This document shows, piece after piece, positions 41,632 through 55,959 of a DNA stretch of 64,000 nucleotides. The stretch's first letter is position 1. The number at the start of each line of letters is the position of its first letter. The DNA is taken from assembly GCA_002269645.1 (NCBI GenBank), contig NIVC01001522.1, positions 1 to 64,000 on the forward strand, written 5' to 3'. This stretch comes from Macrostomum lignano (Eukaryota). Both the position numbers and the translations under genes were made by a program. The notes beneath the pieces are model-generated. The model searched no databases. It was not told the DNA's origin and saw only the letters and a program-made list of their open reading frames with translations.

Positions 41632-44006
41632 AGCCATTATGTCTTTCAATATAAGCCAAAGCTTTGAAAAGCTTGTTCAAAAATAGAATAATTTTGTACT
41701 TCAATTTTAATACTTTGTGTTATATCTTGCTCAAGTTTAAACTTATGCAATTTGATACTTAAATATTAAATTATAGTTGAAAAATGTAACTAAAAATAAT
41801 TTTTTATCTAAAGTTCTAAATAAAAGTATACTAAAAAACTATCATATTTATAAAAATTGACCTTTTTGCCATTTTTACAATATATTGCTTTACTATTTAT
41901 ACTTTTTTCATTGAAAATTCAAATGAAATATTGCAGGTTTATAGGTAACTTTTAAATGCAATGGTATATTACATGGGGTACATTATATACATTTATAATA
42001 TTATTACATAGAATAACTTATATATACATAGAATAAAAAGCAAATATATATTAGATAAAAGAAAAAATACAAGTTATCTTTGAAAAAAAAACTTAAAAAA
42101 TGTTTATTATCTAAAACATTCTTCTTATATTTTGTTAGGATGATAGGGTATAGAGTAATAGCAAACTATGTTATCTTTTGCATAGAAGTGGCTTTTAAAA
42201 AAAACTATAATGTACAAGATACAAAGAGGCCTCTATTTTTGTATTTTTTTAAAATGGAAATTTCTAGCATGAAAAGTCATTTCTAGAATAAAATATAAAG
42301 CTAATATAATAAACTATTTTTTAAATTAGATATGCTAGAGAATTAACAAAATTCTCATTGATATTGTTTTTATTTTTTCAAAAGGTTAGCTTTGCCTTTG
42401 TTGTCCCTAGAAAAAAATAACTTAAAATGTTAAATTATATTTGCAACAAAGCATTTGTTGTAGCCAAATTGTAAAAAAATGTTTTTTTATAATCCTATTT
42501 ATATTTTAAATCTAGGTCTAATTTTTAAACATTGTTGCAAAGGTTTTTGGTTATTCTAGTTATATTAGTGGATTATTTTAGATGTTTGTTGTTTTCTATC
42601 TTGAGTATCATTAGTCTTTTAGTTTCTTACTACTTTGGCTCTATATATAACTTTGATAATCACTGAGAGCTAAATAACTGAGGTAGCAGATTCAACTGAC
42701 TTCTTGATGATGCAAATCACTTGATAGTAACTTACAGATTGTTGTGTTTGATAGTCACAATCTCTAGATATTGTCTTAAAACATATTAATAACATAAAAA
42801 GATAGTATTCCAAATAAGAAGCTCAATTGGCTCAATTTACAATGGGTTCAAAATATTCAGGAGAACCAAAGGTTTAGTCTATTATGGGAAAGGGTTGGTT
42901 GTCAATTTGTATTCAGTGGGTCAATTTATTAGCTTTGGTAATAAGGTTGAGACTAGAGGTTGGACGGGATTGAAATCTTTGGGTGGGATCGGAATCGGGA
43001 ATAATTTTTTTCTTGGGATCGGGATTGGGATTGGGATTCAGGAATCAGGATCAGGTCTTTTAGTGTATTGTCCATGTAAAGTTAAACAAAATTGAGAAAA
43101 GATTGTCAAGATGAAGAAGTAAAACACAACAAAATTGATATGAAGTTTTGTAACCAACAAAGTAAATAATGTAACGAGTACAAGTTAAAGCAAAATACCT
43201 TCAAGTAATCACTAATTCTATAAATTATTAATCGAAAGACCTAATCGAAAAATACTAAAAAGTAACTTTCAAAATTTCACTTGAGTCCCTATCAATTGAC
43301 CTAGTATAAAGAGTTTTTGTATGGGTATAGTGATAGAACTTTTTGAAGCAATACAAATACTTTGATAGATGGCAATCAAATTTAATGTTCAAATAACACT
43401 TGAGTCAAATTGGCAATATTCATGACAATTGATAGAGGCTAACTTTTGTTTAAATTTGCATTTATTTACTAGGCTGGCATGGCAATAGGTGGTACATAAA
43501 AAATTACAGAATAAAGCTAATGATAGCTCCAGCCTAGCTAGAAGCAGAAGATATACATAGGGAAGGTAGCAAACCAATATATTAGCCAAAGGTGATAAAT
43601 GCATAAGGAGTGATTTTAAGAATGCTAAGAAACATTATTTGCACTTACATTTTCATAAGTATTGTTACTAATATTTATTTCTAAGTATACCCTTCATTCA
43701 TCTACATTGTATCACAGCAAGAGTAATACTAACTTAAAATATGCAGTAATATAAATCTGTAGCTAAGAACTAAGTATACAAATTTGCTATCAAGTGTCTG
43801 TAAGAAGCCCATCAAGGGACTGTCAATAGACTGCCAGGGGATACTTATTGTTGAAGAGATATCAGAAAATATAAGAAATCCTTTATCAAATCTATTTATT
43901 TGACCTATATTCTAAGTCCTGAAAATATTTGAGATCTTGAACTAGTTTTTCTTGTCATTAATTTTTTCCCATCATTTCTTATTCCCAACAACCTCTTCTC
44001 CTCTAG

Positions 44007-47000
44007 ATCCTCTAGATGACATCCTGAGCGACCTGCGCACAGATGAGCTTGGCACCGACTTTGACCTAATGTCAGGCGTGATACCAGATCACGATCCACT
44101 GCTCGATGATACATTTGTCCAGCAGATCATGGGCGAGTTTGACCAATTCAATGGCGTGCTGGACCAGCCTCTGGAGCAGCAACAACAGCAGCAGCAGCCA
44201 GCATTGCTAAAAGCTGAACCTGTCCATCAACAAAAGTTCAACGTTCTCGAGTCTTTGTTGCGCAATCCAACCTCCGGACCCGTGGTGACACCCGCTCCGC
44301 CTGCCGTGACAACCACGCCGTGTGCTGTCAGTTCAACCACTTCCACAGCAGTTGCCTCTCAGTCCGCTGCTAACCAGTCTGTCACGGCCACTGATAAACT
44401 CATCGCCTTGCTGTTGCAACAGCGCGAGGACACAGCCAAGCGCGAAGATCTCATTGCTAAATTAGTACGCCAAGTCTGCCAGGAGCAGCAACAGTTGAAG
44501 CAGCACAGGCCCGGACCACAAGCAGAGCAGCTAGCCGCTGCTTTTAGAGAACTTTCCACCGCTCAGTTGGAACAATTGGCTAGTGGTAGTTTGCAACTTG
44601 TATTGCCAAATGCTAATAATACTACTGTTACTACTACTGCCGCTAATCATCCTGCGGTTTCTTTGGCGCCAATTCAAAATCCCGGTCATGTGTCAACTGT
44701 GCATCAGCAGCAGCAGCAGCAGCCGACTGTGACTGCAGCTAATTTTAAAGTGAGTTTTTCTTTTATTGTAAAGTTATAGTTGAGAATTTTTAGTATATAA
44801 GACTGGCATCGCAGCAGTTCAGATTTGCTGTGTCTTCGGGGGTGTCTCAGCTGAGATCTGCTGTGTCTTCAGGGGTGTCTCAGATGAGATCTGCTGTGTC
44901 TTCAGGTGTCTCAGATGAGATTTGCTGTGTCTTCAGGGGTGTCTCAGATGAGATCTGCTTTGTCTTCAGGGGTGTCTCAGCTGAGATCTGCTGTGTCTTC
45001 AGGGGTGTCTCAGCTGAAATCTGCTGTGTCTTCAGGGGTGTCTCAGCTGAGATCTGCTGTGTCTTCAGGGGTGTCTCAGATGAGATCTGCTGTGTCTTCA
45101 GTAGTGTCTCAGATGAGATCTACTGTGTCTTCGGTGGTGTCTCAGATGAGATCTGCTTTGTCTTCAGGGGTGTCTCAGATGAGATCTGCTGTGTCTTCAG
45201 GGGTGTCTCAGCTGAGATCTGCTGTGTCTTCAGGGGTGTCTCAGCTGAAATCTGCTGTGTCTTCAGGGGTGTCTCAGCTGGAATCTGCTGTGTCTTCAGG
45301 GGTGTCTCAAGTCGTCATTCGCAATTCTCATGCGCCCGAAATTCTCACCCGCAGCTGGAGCGGCTGACCCCGCCTCTGTCAGTCTCCCCACCGAAGGCGT
45401 CGCCACCGTCGCTGCCGCTTCAGCAGCACATTGTTCAGCAGCAGCAGCAGCAGCAAAAGCAGCACACTCGAGTTGCTGAACCTCCAGCCCCGACCTTTGA
45501 GGACAACGAGGATGATGATGAGGAAGACGAGGAGATGCTGGTCGATCAGGATGTCGGCGGCGGCGTCAGCGGCTCGACCAACCGACGCTCTGGCGGCGGC
45601 AGCGGCGGTCGAAAATCTTCGCACACCGTCATCGAGAAGAAGTACAGGCAGAGCATTAATAACAAGATTGACGAGCTGCGCAGGATGCTGGTTGGGCGTG
45701 ATGGCAAGGTGCGTTTTGTAAAATTAGTCATTTGCTGCTATTTACACCTCTTCATTACTCTCATTGATTGCCCTTCTGATTACCCTCTCTGATTACTCTT
45801 TCCCCTTATTCATTACCTTCTCTGATTACCCTCTCCCCTTATTCATTACCCTCTCCCCTTATTCATTACCCTCTCCTCTTATTCATTACCCTCTCCCCTT
45901 ATTCATTACCCTTTCCCCTTATTCATTACCCTCTCCCCTTATTCATTACCCTTTCCCCTTATTCATTACCCTCTCCCCTTATTCATTACCCTTTCCCCTT
46001 ATTCAGTACCCTCTCCCCTTATTCATTACCCTCTCCCCTTATTCATTACCCTTTCCCCTTATTCAGTACCCTCTCCCCTTATTCATTACCCTTTCCCCTT
46101 ATTCATTACCCTTTCCCCTTATTCATTACCCTCTCCTCTTATTCATTACCCTTTCCCCTTATTCATTACCCTCTCCCCTTATTCAGTACCCTCTCCCCCT
46201 ATTCATTACCCTCTCCCCTTATTCATTACCCTCTCCCCTTATTCAGTACCCTCTTCCCTAATTCATTATCCACTCCGAGAGTGCAATAGCAGGCGAATCC
46301 ACAAACTACAATTGTGTTTTAGTAAACAATTTAAATAAACTTTTTTTGGTTTAACCAGTGTTTCATAAGCAACAGGGTTGGGTTTAATTACAAAAGAAAT
46401 GATTATATTAGTTAATCTATATACATAGGCTATGCCACTGAGTGTGATAGGGAAATGTTACTGCAATAAATTAACCATCGCAGTGTATAACATTACAGGT
46501 AAGCAAAGGGCAGGATTAGGTACCCATCCGCCTGTCAGAGAGGAAAGGAAATCGGGAGTAAAATGATTTATGACCCTTCTTCTTTCCTGCACTGGATGCA
46601 AGGTTCTGAGACAAGGAGTGCTAAAATTTGCTGGTGTCCAACTGCTTTATTAATATTTGGTAAACGGCAGGAGTAACTATCACTGTATTATTAGGTCTAT
46701 ATGCCTCGTCATCTAATTACTCATAGTACTACGTCCGTATTTTTTGGGTGGTTGTTTCTGCGACTTACCTTGGCTGGGCCCCCTTTTGCCAAGATATTGC
46801 GCATGTAATGGGCATGTACACACTCTCAGTGACTTGGGGGTTGGCCCTCCAATCCAGACTACGTCCTAGAACTCCATGAGTCGGGCAAGATAGCGGCTTG
46901 CTGATCAAAGCAGATCCTCTTCGGAATCCGCGCCAGGCGCACATGAAGAAGTGTTTCGCCTGTCAGAAATGACAGAGTGCTTCAAGCTTGTCAGGGACGT

Positions 47001-50000
47001 CTGGATTGTCTGGATTAGAAACCCAAGCCCAAGCAATAACCGAAAAAAGGTTCATGAGGTGGAAGTTCCGATTGGTTGTTAAAGTCAAGGCCGATGCGAA
47101 CTGAGGCTTATATATGCGATATGCAAGCAAGTTGTAACATTTTTCTACCTCTGCATTTCCCAACCCTCGCATTGCAGCTAAGCAAGAGTCTGGTGCTGAA
47201 GCGCACTATCGATCGTATTCACCTGTTGGAGCGCGAGAATGAAAGCTTGCGACGACAATTGGGCCAGCAACAGCATAGTAACGGGTCTGGTTACTACATC
47301 CATGAGCGAGGTAAATGTTATTGGCTTTATTTAATCATTATTACCCAAGTCTCCAATGCCATCACATTACCCAAGTCTCCAATGCGATCACATTACCCAA
47401 GTCTCCAATGCCATCACATTACCCAAGTCTCCAATGCGATCACATTACCCAAGTCTCCAATGCCATCACATTACCCAAGTCTCCAATGCGATCACATTAC
47501 CCAAGTCTCCAATGCCATCACATTACCCAAGTCTCCAATGCCATCACATTACCCAAGTCTCCAATGCCATCACATTACCCAAGTCTCCAATGCAATCACC
47601 CACACCCGCAGACTCCTCTCTCTCAGCCGGCGGCCTGTCACCCGGCGCATTCGAAGACGTGGTCAGCAGCGGCAGCAGCAATCACAACAGTAGCGCTGGC
47701 AATGGCACAGACTCGCCAACCAGTTTGCCTAGCCCATCTTCTTCCGGCGGTAACCATGGCAACAATGCTATCGGAGTTGGTTCCACTCTGGTACAATTGT
47801 TGCAGCAGTCGGGAGTGACTACTGCTACAGTTACTAGCGGCAGTAGTATGCAACAGCCATCTACAGCAGTTCGCTGCACTATGATGCTTGCCGCTTGCTG
47901 TTTTCTGTTTCTGCTTAATCCGCTGCAGCTGGGCGCCGTCTGGCTCAGCGGCGGTGTCGGCGCCGGTGTCGGCTTATCTGGCTCCGCGTCTGGTCGAGCA
48001 TTGAAAAGTGTGGATTTAGTAAAAGAAGAAGACAACGGCTGGAGCAGCTCTGTGTGGTGGTGGCTGACCACTCTGGTGAACTGTTTGATTCTGTTGTGCT
48101 TGGGCTGCCGCTATAGCCCGTTGCCAAGCACTGTGAGTCGGTCGGAGGATCCGAAGCGACACGCCGCACGCCTGCTGGCATTCGAACGGTGCTGCAGCCT
48201 TGCAGACTCGGATATTCGAGCTGGCAGCTGGGATCGAGCTTGGTCCAGGCTGCGCACCTGTCTCGTGCTGCTTCATCGGCCTCTGCCCGTGGCTGGCAGT
48301 TTTGATTGGATGGCCCAGATGGGCTGGCATCTGGTGCTGGCCGCCTGCCTGCAGATCTGCTCTCTGGTGAGTCTGGGTTAGTGCAGCATTACCTACCGCT
48401 TTGTTGGTATTACCTACCGCTTTGTTAGCATTACCTACCGCTTTGTTGGCATTACCTACCGCTTTGTTAGCATTACCTACCGCTTTGTTGGCATTACCTA
48501 CCGCTTTGTTAGCATTACCTACCGCTTTGTTAGCATTACCTACCGCTTTGTTGGTATTACCTACCGCTTTGTTGGTATTACCTACCGCTTTGTTGGTATT
48601 ACCTACCGCTTTGTTGGTATTACCTACCGCTTTGTTAGTATTACCTACCGCTTTGTTGGTATTACCTACCGCTTTGTTAGCATTACCTACCGCTTTGTTA
48701 GTATTACCAATATACACCATTTTACCAACAGATTACCAATCTAAGCTACACCATTCTACCAACAGATTAGCAATCTAAGCTACACCATTCTACCAACAGA
48801 TTAGCAATCTAAGCTACACCATTCTACCAACAGATTAGCAATCTCTTATTGCCTCATCCCCTCCTCGCCTTAATCCAGTTCCGGCTAGCCCTGCCAGTGT
48901 CAGAGCAGCAGCGCCATCTGGCAGCCCTGGCCTCTCTAACATACGGCCGCCTGCTCCAACTGACCATCGGCATTGGCGATACCGACAGACACAGAAGCGA
49001 TTGCACGGTGAGCCGGTGGCAACTCCGAGTCCTACTACTCAACTGTAATAACTTTCTAAACCTAGCTGGTAGCAGTGCCGATACTGTCCTACCGATTGGC
49101 GAACGAATCCGTCTGCTAGCGTCAATGGGACTGGCCGCCAGGCGGGTAGGCCTGCCCGCTTGCATAGCTAAACAGTTCTATGATGGAGCTGCTATGCTGG
49201 CCTCTGCTACTGCTGCTAATAATACTAATAGTAGTAGCGGCAGTCTGAGCTGGATGGCCACACCGCAGGGCGCCGCCTTCCTGGCCGAGTACCGTCCGGG
49301 AGGTCCGCTGCCGATGTCTCACAGGCTTGACGATACCGTCTATTCGTCAAGCGGTTGTCCAGCCAAACCGTTGGACCGGGCTCGGTCTGTGTTTGTGGAA
49401 AGCCTGCTAGAAGCTTCGGTTGAGGATTTGGTTTTGTCAGCTTCGTTGGCTACTTCAAACTGCTGCATCGCTGATACCACTAGACTGTGCCAGGTGGGCT
49501 AATTAATTACCACTGCAAATTTTGATAGCTCTGTGGTGCCTTTAATGCCTCCCAGGTCCTCAGTTGCTGGGCCAGCCTTCCAGATCCTCAGTTGCTGGGC
49601 CACCAGCCTCCCAGATCCTCAGTTGCTGGGCCACCAGCCTCCCAGATCCACAGTTGCTGGGCCACCAGCCTCCCAGATTCTGCGATTCACAGTTGCATAT
49701 AAAGACCTGTTAAAAAAACCTAAGCAAATTGCTTTAAAATCTATTTTTAGATTCGAAAAATATAATACATTGAGGTCCCGAGTTTGAATCCAATTTTCCC
49801 ATTCAATCCATCCCATATCGCAGGATCTTTTCGCCGGCCGCGACCCGGAGTCCTGCTGGTGGGCCGCCACCGCCCGCCTAGCCGCCGCCTGGCGCAACGG
49901 GGACAACGCCGAAGCCGCCTCGATGACGCCGGCGCCGCTGCCGGCCGGTTTGAAGGCCGACAGACTGGCCGCCTCGCTGACGCTGGCGGCGCGCGCCTAC

Positions 50001-53000
50001 CGAACTGCTGTTTTCGGCCTGACCGGGACTTCTAGCGCCGCTTCGGCGTTAGCTGCCGCTGAACAAGCAGCCGATTTAGCGTCAGCCGGTCTGCGCGAAC
50101 TCTTGTCGTCGTCGTCTGTTCCTGACGATGGTCAGCCGCAGCAGCGGCTTCGCTGGATGACGCAGGTATGCATATTTTATTTCATTTATCAACAAAACTC
50201 GCTACTTGACTACTTTTAGTAGAGTAGTTAGGAAAAATGTTTAAATAACGACACTGATATATGCTACTTGCCTACTTACAGTAGGATAAATAAGCCAAAA
50301 TTATTTTTGCGTTAATTACACACAGTTTGTACCTACTTTAAGTAGGTGAAAAGTACTAGACTCGTAATATAAATTTAGTTGTTATTTACATGCAGTTGTA
50401 TTTTGTTATAGTAGTAAATCTCAGTTACTTATTTTAGTTGAAAAGAATGAAAACCAGCACCAATATTCTTTAGTCGCCTACTCTAAGTAGTGCGTTTGAG
50501 ACGCAAAATACTTCTTTTATTTTTAATGTACGTTTTGGTCACAAAATATGGCATTGATATTCTCTACTTGCCTACTTTAAGTAGGGTGTTAAGTGTGTGT
50601 ATCTGCATGAATCGCAAATTAGTTTTTTTACTTGGCAGCTTGCAATTGAATGGCTTCTATAACGGTTTTTTATATCGAAGCAATAATTAGCGGCTTGCAG
50701 TTTAATATGCGCTTTTTGAAATCTGCCTGCGGCTTACTGTTTGATCTGTGAATCATTTAATTAAGCTTCGTGATACTAATTATTCATTAAATCTGGAAGA
50801 ATCATAATAATGTCAGCACCACTTGGTGATGCATTGTAGTTGCATTGCGCTGTGTTTTAGCGACAAGTTGCTAATAATAAAAAATTACTCAATATGACTT
50901 GTAACGGCGCGGTGTCACTACAGTGCTCATCGAGGTGCTTCAATCGCCGCTATAAAAGCTGTAATTTTTATCAGAGCGATTTTTGCTCGACGAAACAAAA
51001 GCCGTTCGATTGCCAAGCATGCCCTAAATTAATGCTGTTATATTCTCTCGCACATAACTATATACTACTTACTTATCTTTCTGCTTAGTAGTAGTGTGGT
51101 ATTTAGTTTGTGCTTTCTAAAATAACTTTGCATCGTAAAAGTTTATTATTCCTTGGATTTAAACATGCCGAATCCCAGATCCTTCAAAAATCCCTACAAA
51201 TCCCAGATCCCTGAAAAATCCAAATCCCACATTCACAAGAAATCCCCAAATCCCATATTCTCCAAAAGTCCCTAAAATCTAGATCCTTCAGATGTCTCCA
51301 AATCCCAGATCCACAAGAAATCTCCAAATCCCAGATCCACAGGAAATCTCCAAATCCCAGATCCACAAGAAATCTCCAAATCCCAGATCCACAAGAAATC
51401 TCCAAATCCCAGATCCACAAGAAATCCCCAAATCCCAGATCCACAAAAAATCTCCAAATCCCAGATCCACAAGAAATCTCCAAATCCCAGATCCACAAGA
51501 AATCTCCAAATCCCAGATCCACAAAAAATCCCCAAATCCCAGATCTACAAGAAATCTCCAAATCCCAGATCCACAAGAAATCTCCAAATCCCAGATCCAC
51601 AAAAAATCCCCAAATCCCAGATCCACAAGAAATCTCCAAATCCCAGATCCACAAGAAATCTCCAAATCCCAGATCCACAAGAAATCTCCAAATCCCAGAT
51701 CCACAAGAAATCTCCAAATCCCAGATCCACAAGAAATCTCCAAATCCCAGATCCACAAGACATCCCCAAATCCCAGATCCACAAGAAATCCCCAAATCCC
51801 AGATCCACAAGATAATCTACAAGAAATCCCAGATCCACAAGAAATCCCCAAATCCCAGATCCACAAGAAATCCCCAAATCCCAGATCCACAAGAAATCTC
51901 CAAATCCCAGATCCACAAGAAATCCCCAAATCCCAGATCCACAAGAAATCTCCAAATCCCAGATCCACAAGAAATCTCCAAATCCCAGATCCACAAGAAA
52001 TCTCCAAATCCCAGATCCACAAGAAATCTCCAAATCCCAGATCCACAAGACATCCCCAAATCCCAGATCCACAAGAAATCCCCAAATCCCAGATCCACAA
52101 GATAATCTACAAGAAATCCCAGATCCACAAGAAATCCCCAAATCCTAGATCCACAAGATAATCTACAAGAAATCCCATATCCACAAGAAATCCCCAAATC
52201 CTAGATCCACAAGATAATCTACAAGAAATCCCATATCCACAAGAAATCCCCAAATCCCAGATCCACAAGAAATCTCCAAATCCCAGATCCACAAGACATC
52301 CCCAAATCCCAGATCCACAAGAAATCCCCAAATCCCAGATCCACAAGATAATCTACAAGAAATCCCAGATCCACAAGAAATCCCCAAATCCCAGATCCAC
52401 AAGAAATCTCCAAATCCCAGATCCACAAGAAATCCCCAAATCCCAGATCCACAAGAAATCTCCAAATCCCAGATCCACAAGAAATCTCCAAATCCCAGAT
52501 CCACAAGAAATCTCCAAATCCCAGATCCACAAGAAATCTCCAAATCCCAGATCCACAAGACATCCCCAAATCCCAGATCCACAAGAAATCCCCAAATCCC
52601 AGATCCACAAGATAATCTACAAGAAATCCCAGATCCACAAGAAATCCCCAAATCCTAGATCCACAAGATAATCTACAAGAAATCCCATATCCACAAGAAA
52701 TCCCCAAATCCCAGATCCACAAGATAATCTACAAGAAATCCCAGATCCACAAGAAATCCCCAAATCCCAGATCCTTCACAGAAATCCCCAAATCCCAGAT
52801 CCACAAGATAATCTACAAGAAATCCCAGATCCACAAGAAATCCCCAAATCCCAGATCCTTCACAGAAATCCCCAAATCCCTGATCCACAAGATAATCTAC
52901 AAGAAATCCCATATCCACAAGAAATCCCCAAATCCCAGATCCACAAGATAATCTACAAGAAATCCCAGATCCACAAGAAATCCCCAAATCCCAGATCCTT

Positions 53001-53515
53001 CACAGAAATCCCCAAACCCCAGATCCACAAGAAATCCCAAATCCCAGATCCACAAGAAATCCCCAAATCCCAGATCGGCAAGAAATCCCCAAACCCCAGA
53101 TTCCTTCATTCTCCTTACTTTCTTCCCAATCTCCCGCGCTCAGGCTTGGTGTCTAATCGGCCTGGACTGGCTGCTCTCTGCTCGTACGGCCATCGCCCAG
53201 CAACAGCCCGGCAACCGGGCCTGCCGCCGGCTGCTCACCGCTTATCAGTCGGATTTGCGCTCGGCTCGGGATGTGTCTCTCAGAATCGGCGCCGATCCCC
53301 GACGTTGGCTGGCGGCGCACGAGGCGGCGCTGCGCCTGCTGAGCGGCGCCAACCCGCTGGCCGCCAGCTTCTGCCTGCGCCAGGCCGAGTCGGCATTTGG
53401 CGCCTTCGCCAATTCTGCAACTGCTGAGGACGCCGATCGAAAATTGCGCTTGGTTAAACAGCTGTTCGCTGCGCAACAGCAGCAGCAGCAGAAGCAGGCT
53501 GGATTGGATCGTTGA
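44007..53515 (+). CDS. SREBP: Sterol regulatory element-binding protein (bHLH-Zip, 2 TM, C-terminal regulatory domain); first exon not located
   Basis: Exons 44007-44749, 45355-45708, 47178-47310, 47612-48366, 48879-49493, 49824-50165, 53144-53515. The basic region HTVIEKKYRQSINNKI has the diagnostic Tyr. TM1 ends in NPL, the lumenal loop has RALK, and the C-terminus has DPESCWWA and HEAALRLLSGANP. Confidence 0.92.
44808..45310. repeat. 33-bp minisatellite in SREBP intron
   Basis: (gtgtctcagctgagatctgctgtgtcttcaggg)n. Confidence 0.95.
45740..46270. repeat. 20-bp minisatellite in SREBP intron splitting the bHLH
   Basis: (ccctctccccttattcatta)n. Confidence 0.95.
47340..47595. repeat. 26-bp minisatellite in SREBP intron
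   Basis: (cccaagtctccaatgccatcacatta)n. Confidence 0.95.
48385..48845. repeat. 21-bp then ~33-bp minisatellites in SREBP intron
   Basis: (ttacctaccgctttgttggca)n, followed by aatctaagctacaccattctaccaacagattagc units. Confidence 0.9.
49530..49682. repeat. 31-bp minisatellite in SREBP intron
   Basis: cctcccagatcctcagttgctgggccaccag units. Confidence 0.85.
51170..53100. repeat. 26-bp minisatellite with higher-order variants, SREBP last intron
   Basis: (aaatcccagatccacaagaaatctcc)n. Confidence 0.95.
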
Positions 53516-53644
53516 TTGACCTATTCTGCGACTTTCTGTGGGTTGCGAACCGCTTGGACTGATTTTTTAGTTGCTTTTGTTGGTTGATTGATTGATTTTT
53601 ATCTGCTTGTCACTTGATCGGTTGATTGATTGGTTGATCAATTC

Positions 53645-53679
<35 letters not shown>

Positions 53680-54170
53680 GGTTGATTGGTTGATCAGTTG
53701 ATTAATTGGTTGATTGATTGATTGGTTGATCAATTTATTGATTGATTGATAGGCTGATTGATTGGTTGATAGATTGATTGGTTGGTTGATTAATTAATTG
53801 ATTGATTGATAGGTTGATTGATTGGATTGTTGATTGGTTGATTGATTGATTGATTGGTTGATCAATTAATTGATTGATTGATTGGTTGATAGATTGATTG
53901 GTTGGTTGATTGGTTGATTAATTAATTGATTGATTGATAGGTTGATTGATTGGATTGTTGATTGGTTGATTGATTGATTGATTGATTGATCAATTAATTG
54001 ATTGATTGATTGGTTGATAGATTGATTGGTTGGTTGATCAATTCATTGATTGATTGATTGATAGGTCGATAATTAACTGATTGATAGGTTGATTGGTTGT
54101 TTGGTTGACTTATTGGTTGATCAATCCACTGATTGATTTGATCGATTCATCAGTAAGTTTTATCAATCGA
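53512..54170. repeat. Degenerate (GATT)n
   Basis: Direct inspection. Confidence 0.9.
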
Positions 54171-55959
54171 TTTACACTGGGCTAAGTTAGCGATTAAATA
54201 TTTGTTATAATATTAGTTGCTCTTTGAACAGTTTTTTTTAAATTGATTGACAAGTTGATCTTTTTGACTTATCGACGTGGCGTTCGTTCGTTTTCTTGTT
54301 TAATAAAAAGTACAAACTGTGTTTATAACTTTTTTGCCGTTTTTTCTAAAATAATTTTTATTGTTGTTTATTTATTGTTCCCTTCCTTTTTTTGCTGCTA
54401 CGTTATCTTACTGTGAGTAGTGTTATTTGCGTTTTTATAGTATAGCTAATCACAATGTTTCGTATGACATTAAATTTGAAAAGTGAATCAAAGTTTAAAT
54501 TTTGTTTAACCGGCTTGCTGTGCGTCTTTGATTGTCGCTATATCTATACAATGCTACTAATAACTATAGTGTCCTATTTATTGATTGGTTTTGTGTTGGC
54601 AGCAGCTGAAACTTGAATCATTAAATATTTAATTACTATTGATTTTACGAGTACTTAGTTGTCCTCAGTTTCAATATTTGTTTAATCGATCTGCTTATTC
54701 AGCTCCATCAGATTTGAATTGTTTCGCTTCTGATAGCAACTGAATGATTTATTATCTGGTTGCTTGGTTTATTCTCGAGTTCGCTATGCTATTTTTCTGT
54801 TGAATGAAAAAAATCAATTCATGCTTATGGCTCTCTATTTTATCATATATTTTGCGTTCCTTTGTCCAGTTTTTTAATCAAATTTTCTTCTATCTCTACT
54901 GCTATGTTGTAACAATAGTAGTATGTAGCGAGCACAGTGTGTTATATTTGTTTTAAACCATAAAAAATATATATTGAATTTATTAAAGCAACCCAGCAAA
55001 TTTCCCAACTGCCTACTTGATGCAGCAAAATAATGAAAGAGACTGGAGTTCCTCATCTTATCAATGAGAGAATGATTGCACTGTATTACAGATTGTATAT
55101 ATATTTTTTTATATTTGTTCTTAGACAACTTTTCCGACTATGCTCTACTTGCAATTTGGCGCAAAAAACATGCACTCCAACTTGTCCAGTCAGTAGAGTA
55201 TATAAAAAGTACATTTTAGCTTAAAATAGGCCTTGCTGTAGCTATTAGTTGCTTGGATTATAAAGCCGAAAAGCTGATTCAATTTGTGTCTCAGCCAATC
55301 TACTGTTAATAGTAAGGAGTCAAAGATATGCATTTCGCAGGAAATACTAATTTTAAGATGATGTAAAACTGAACACGACAATGAAATGGCGGTGTAATAT
55401 CAGGGATGATTGGTTAAAATTACTGAGTTTGTTCTGCCACCCATAGTATGGCTGCGCATCTCAGTTCTCTAATCTCACCCTAGATCTCACACTCAGAATA
55501 CCCAGCTCTCGAATCTCACCCTAGATCTCACACTCAGAATACCCAGCTCTCAAATCTCACCCTAGATCTCAACACTCAATACCAGCTCCCAAAACTCACC
55601 CTAGATCTTACACTCCCAGAATCCCCAGTCCTCAAATCTTACCTTACATCTCACACCCTTAAAAACACTGCGCTGATATTTTAGCAACGGAGAAAAACAA
55701 AAGGTCAAATTTTGCATTGCTTTTTGCACGATTAAAACAGAACTAAAAAAGATATTATGTTACGCAAGTATGTAAAAGCAACGCGCAAACTGCAAAACAA
55801 CAAATATTGATCGGTACACGTCATATCAATTTAAGTCGCAAAAAAAAACCTTTCGTTCAAAAAAATATTACGATTTCAGCTCGTAAATACACTTGAATTA
55901 TGTCATCTCCTGCATTGATTGGCTCAATGTTGTCAAAAAAGTTGGTCAAAAAAAGATTT

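Noticed and set aside
42841-42872. ATG..GT segment as SREBP exon 1
   Set aside because: It ends in phase 0, but the 44007 acceptor needs phase 1.
51184-53109. Many overlapping WIWDLGISCGSG / PRSTRNLQIPD ORFs
   Set aside because: 26-bp array inside the last SREBP intron.
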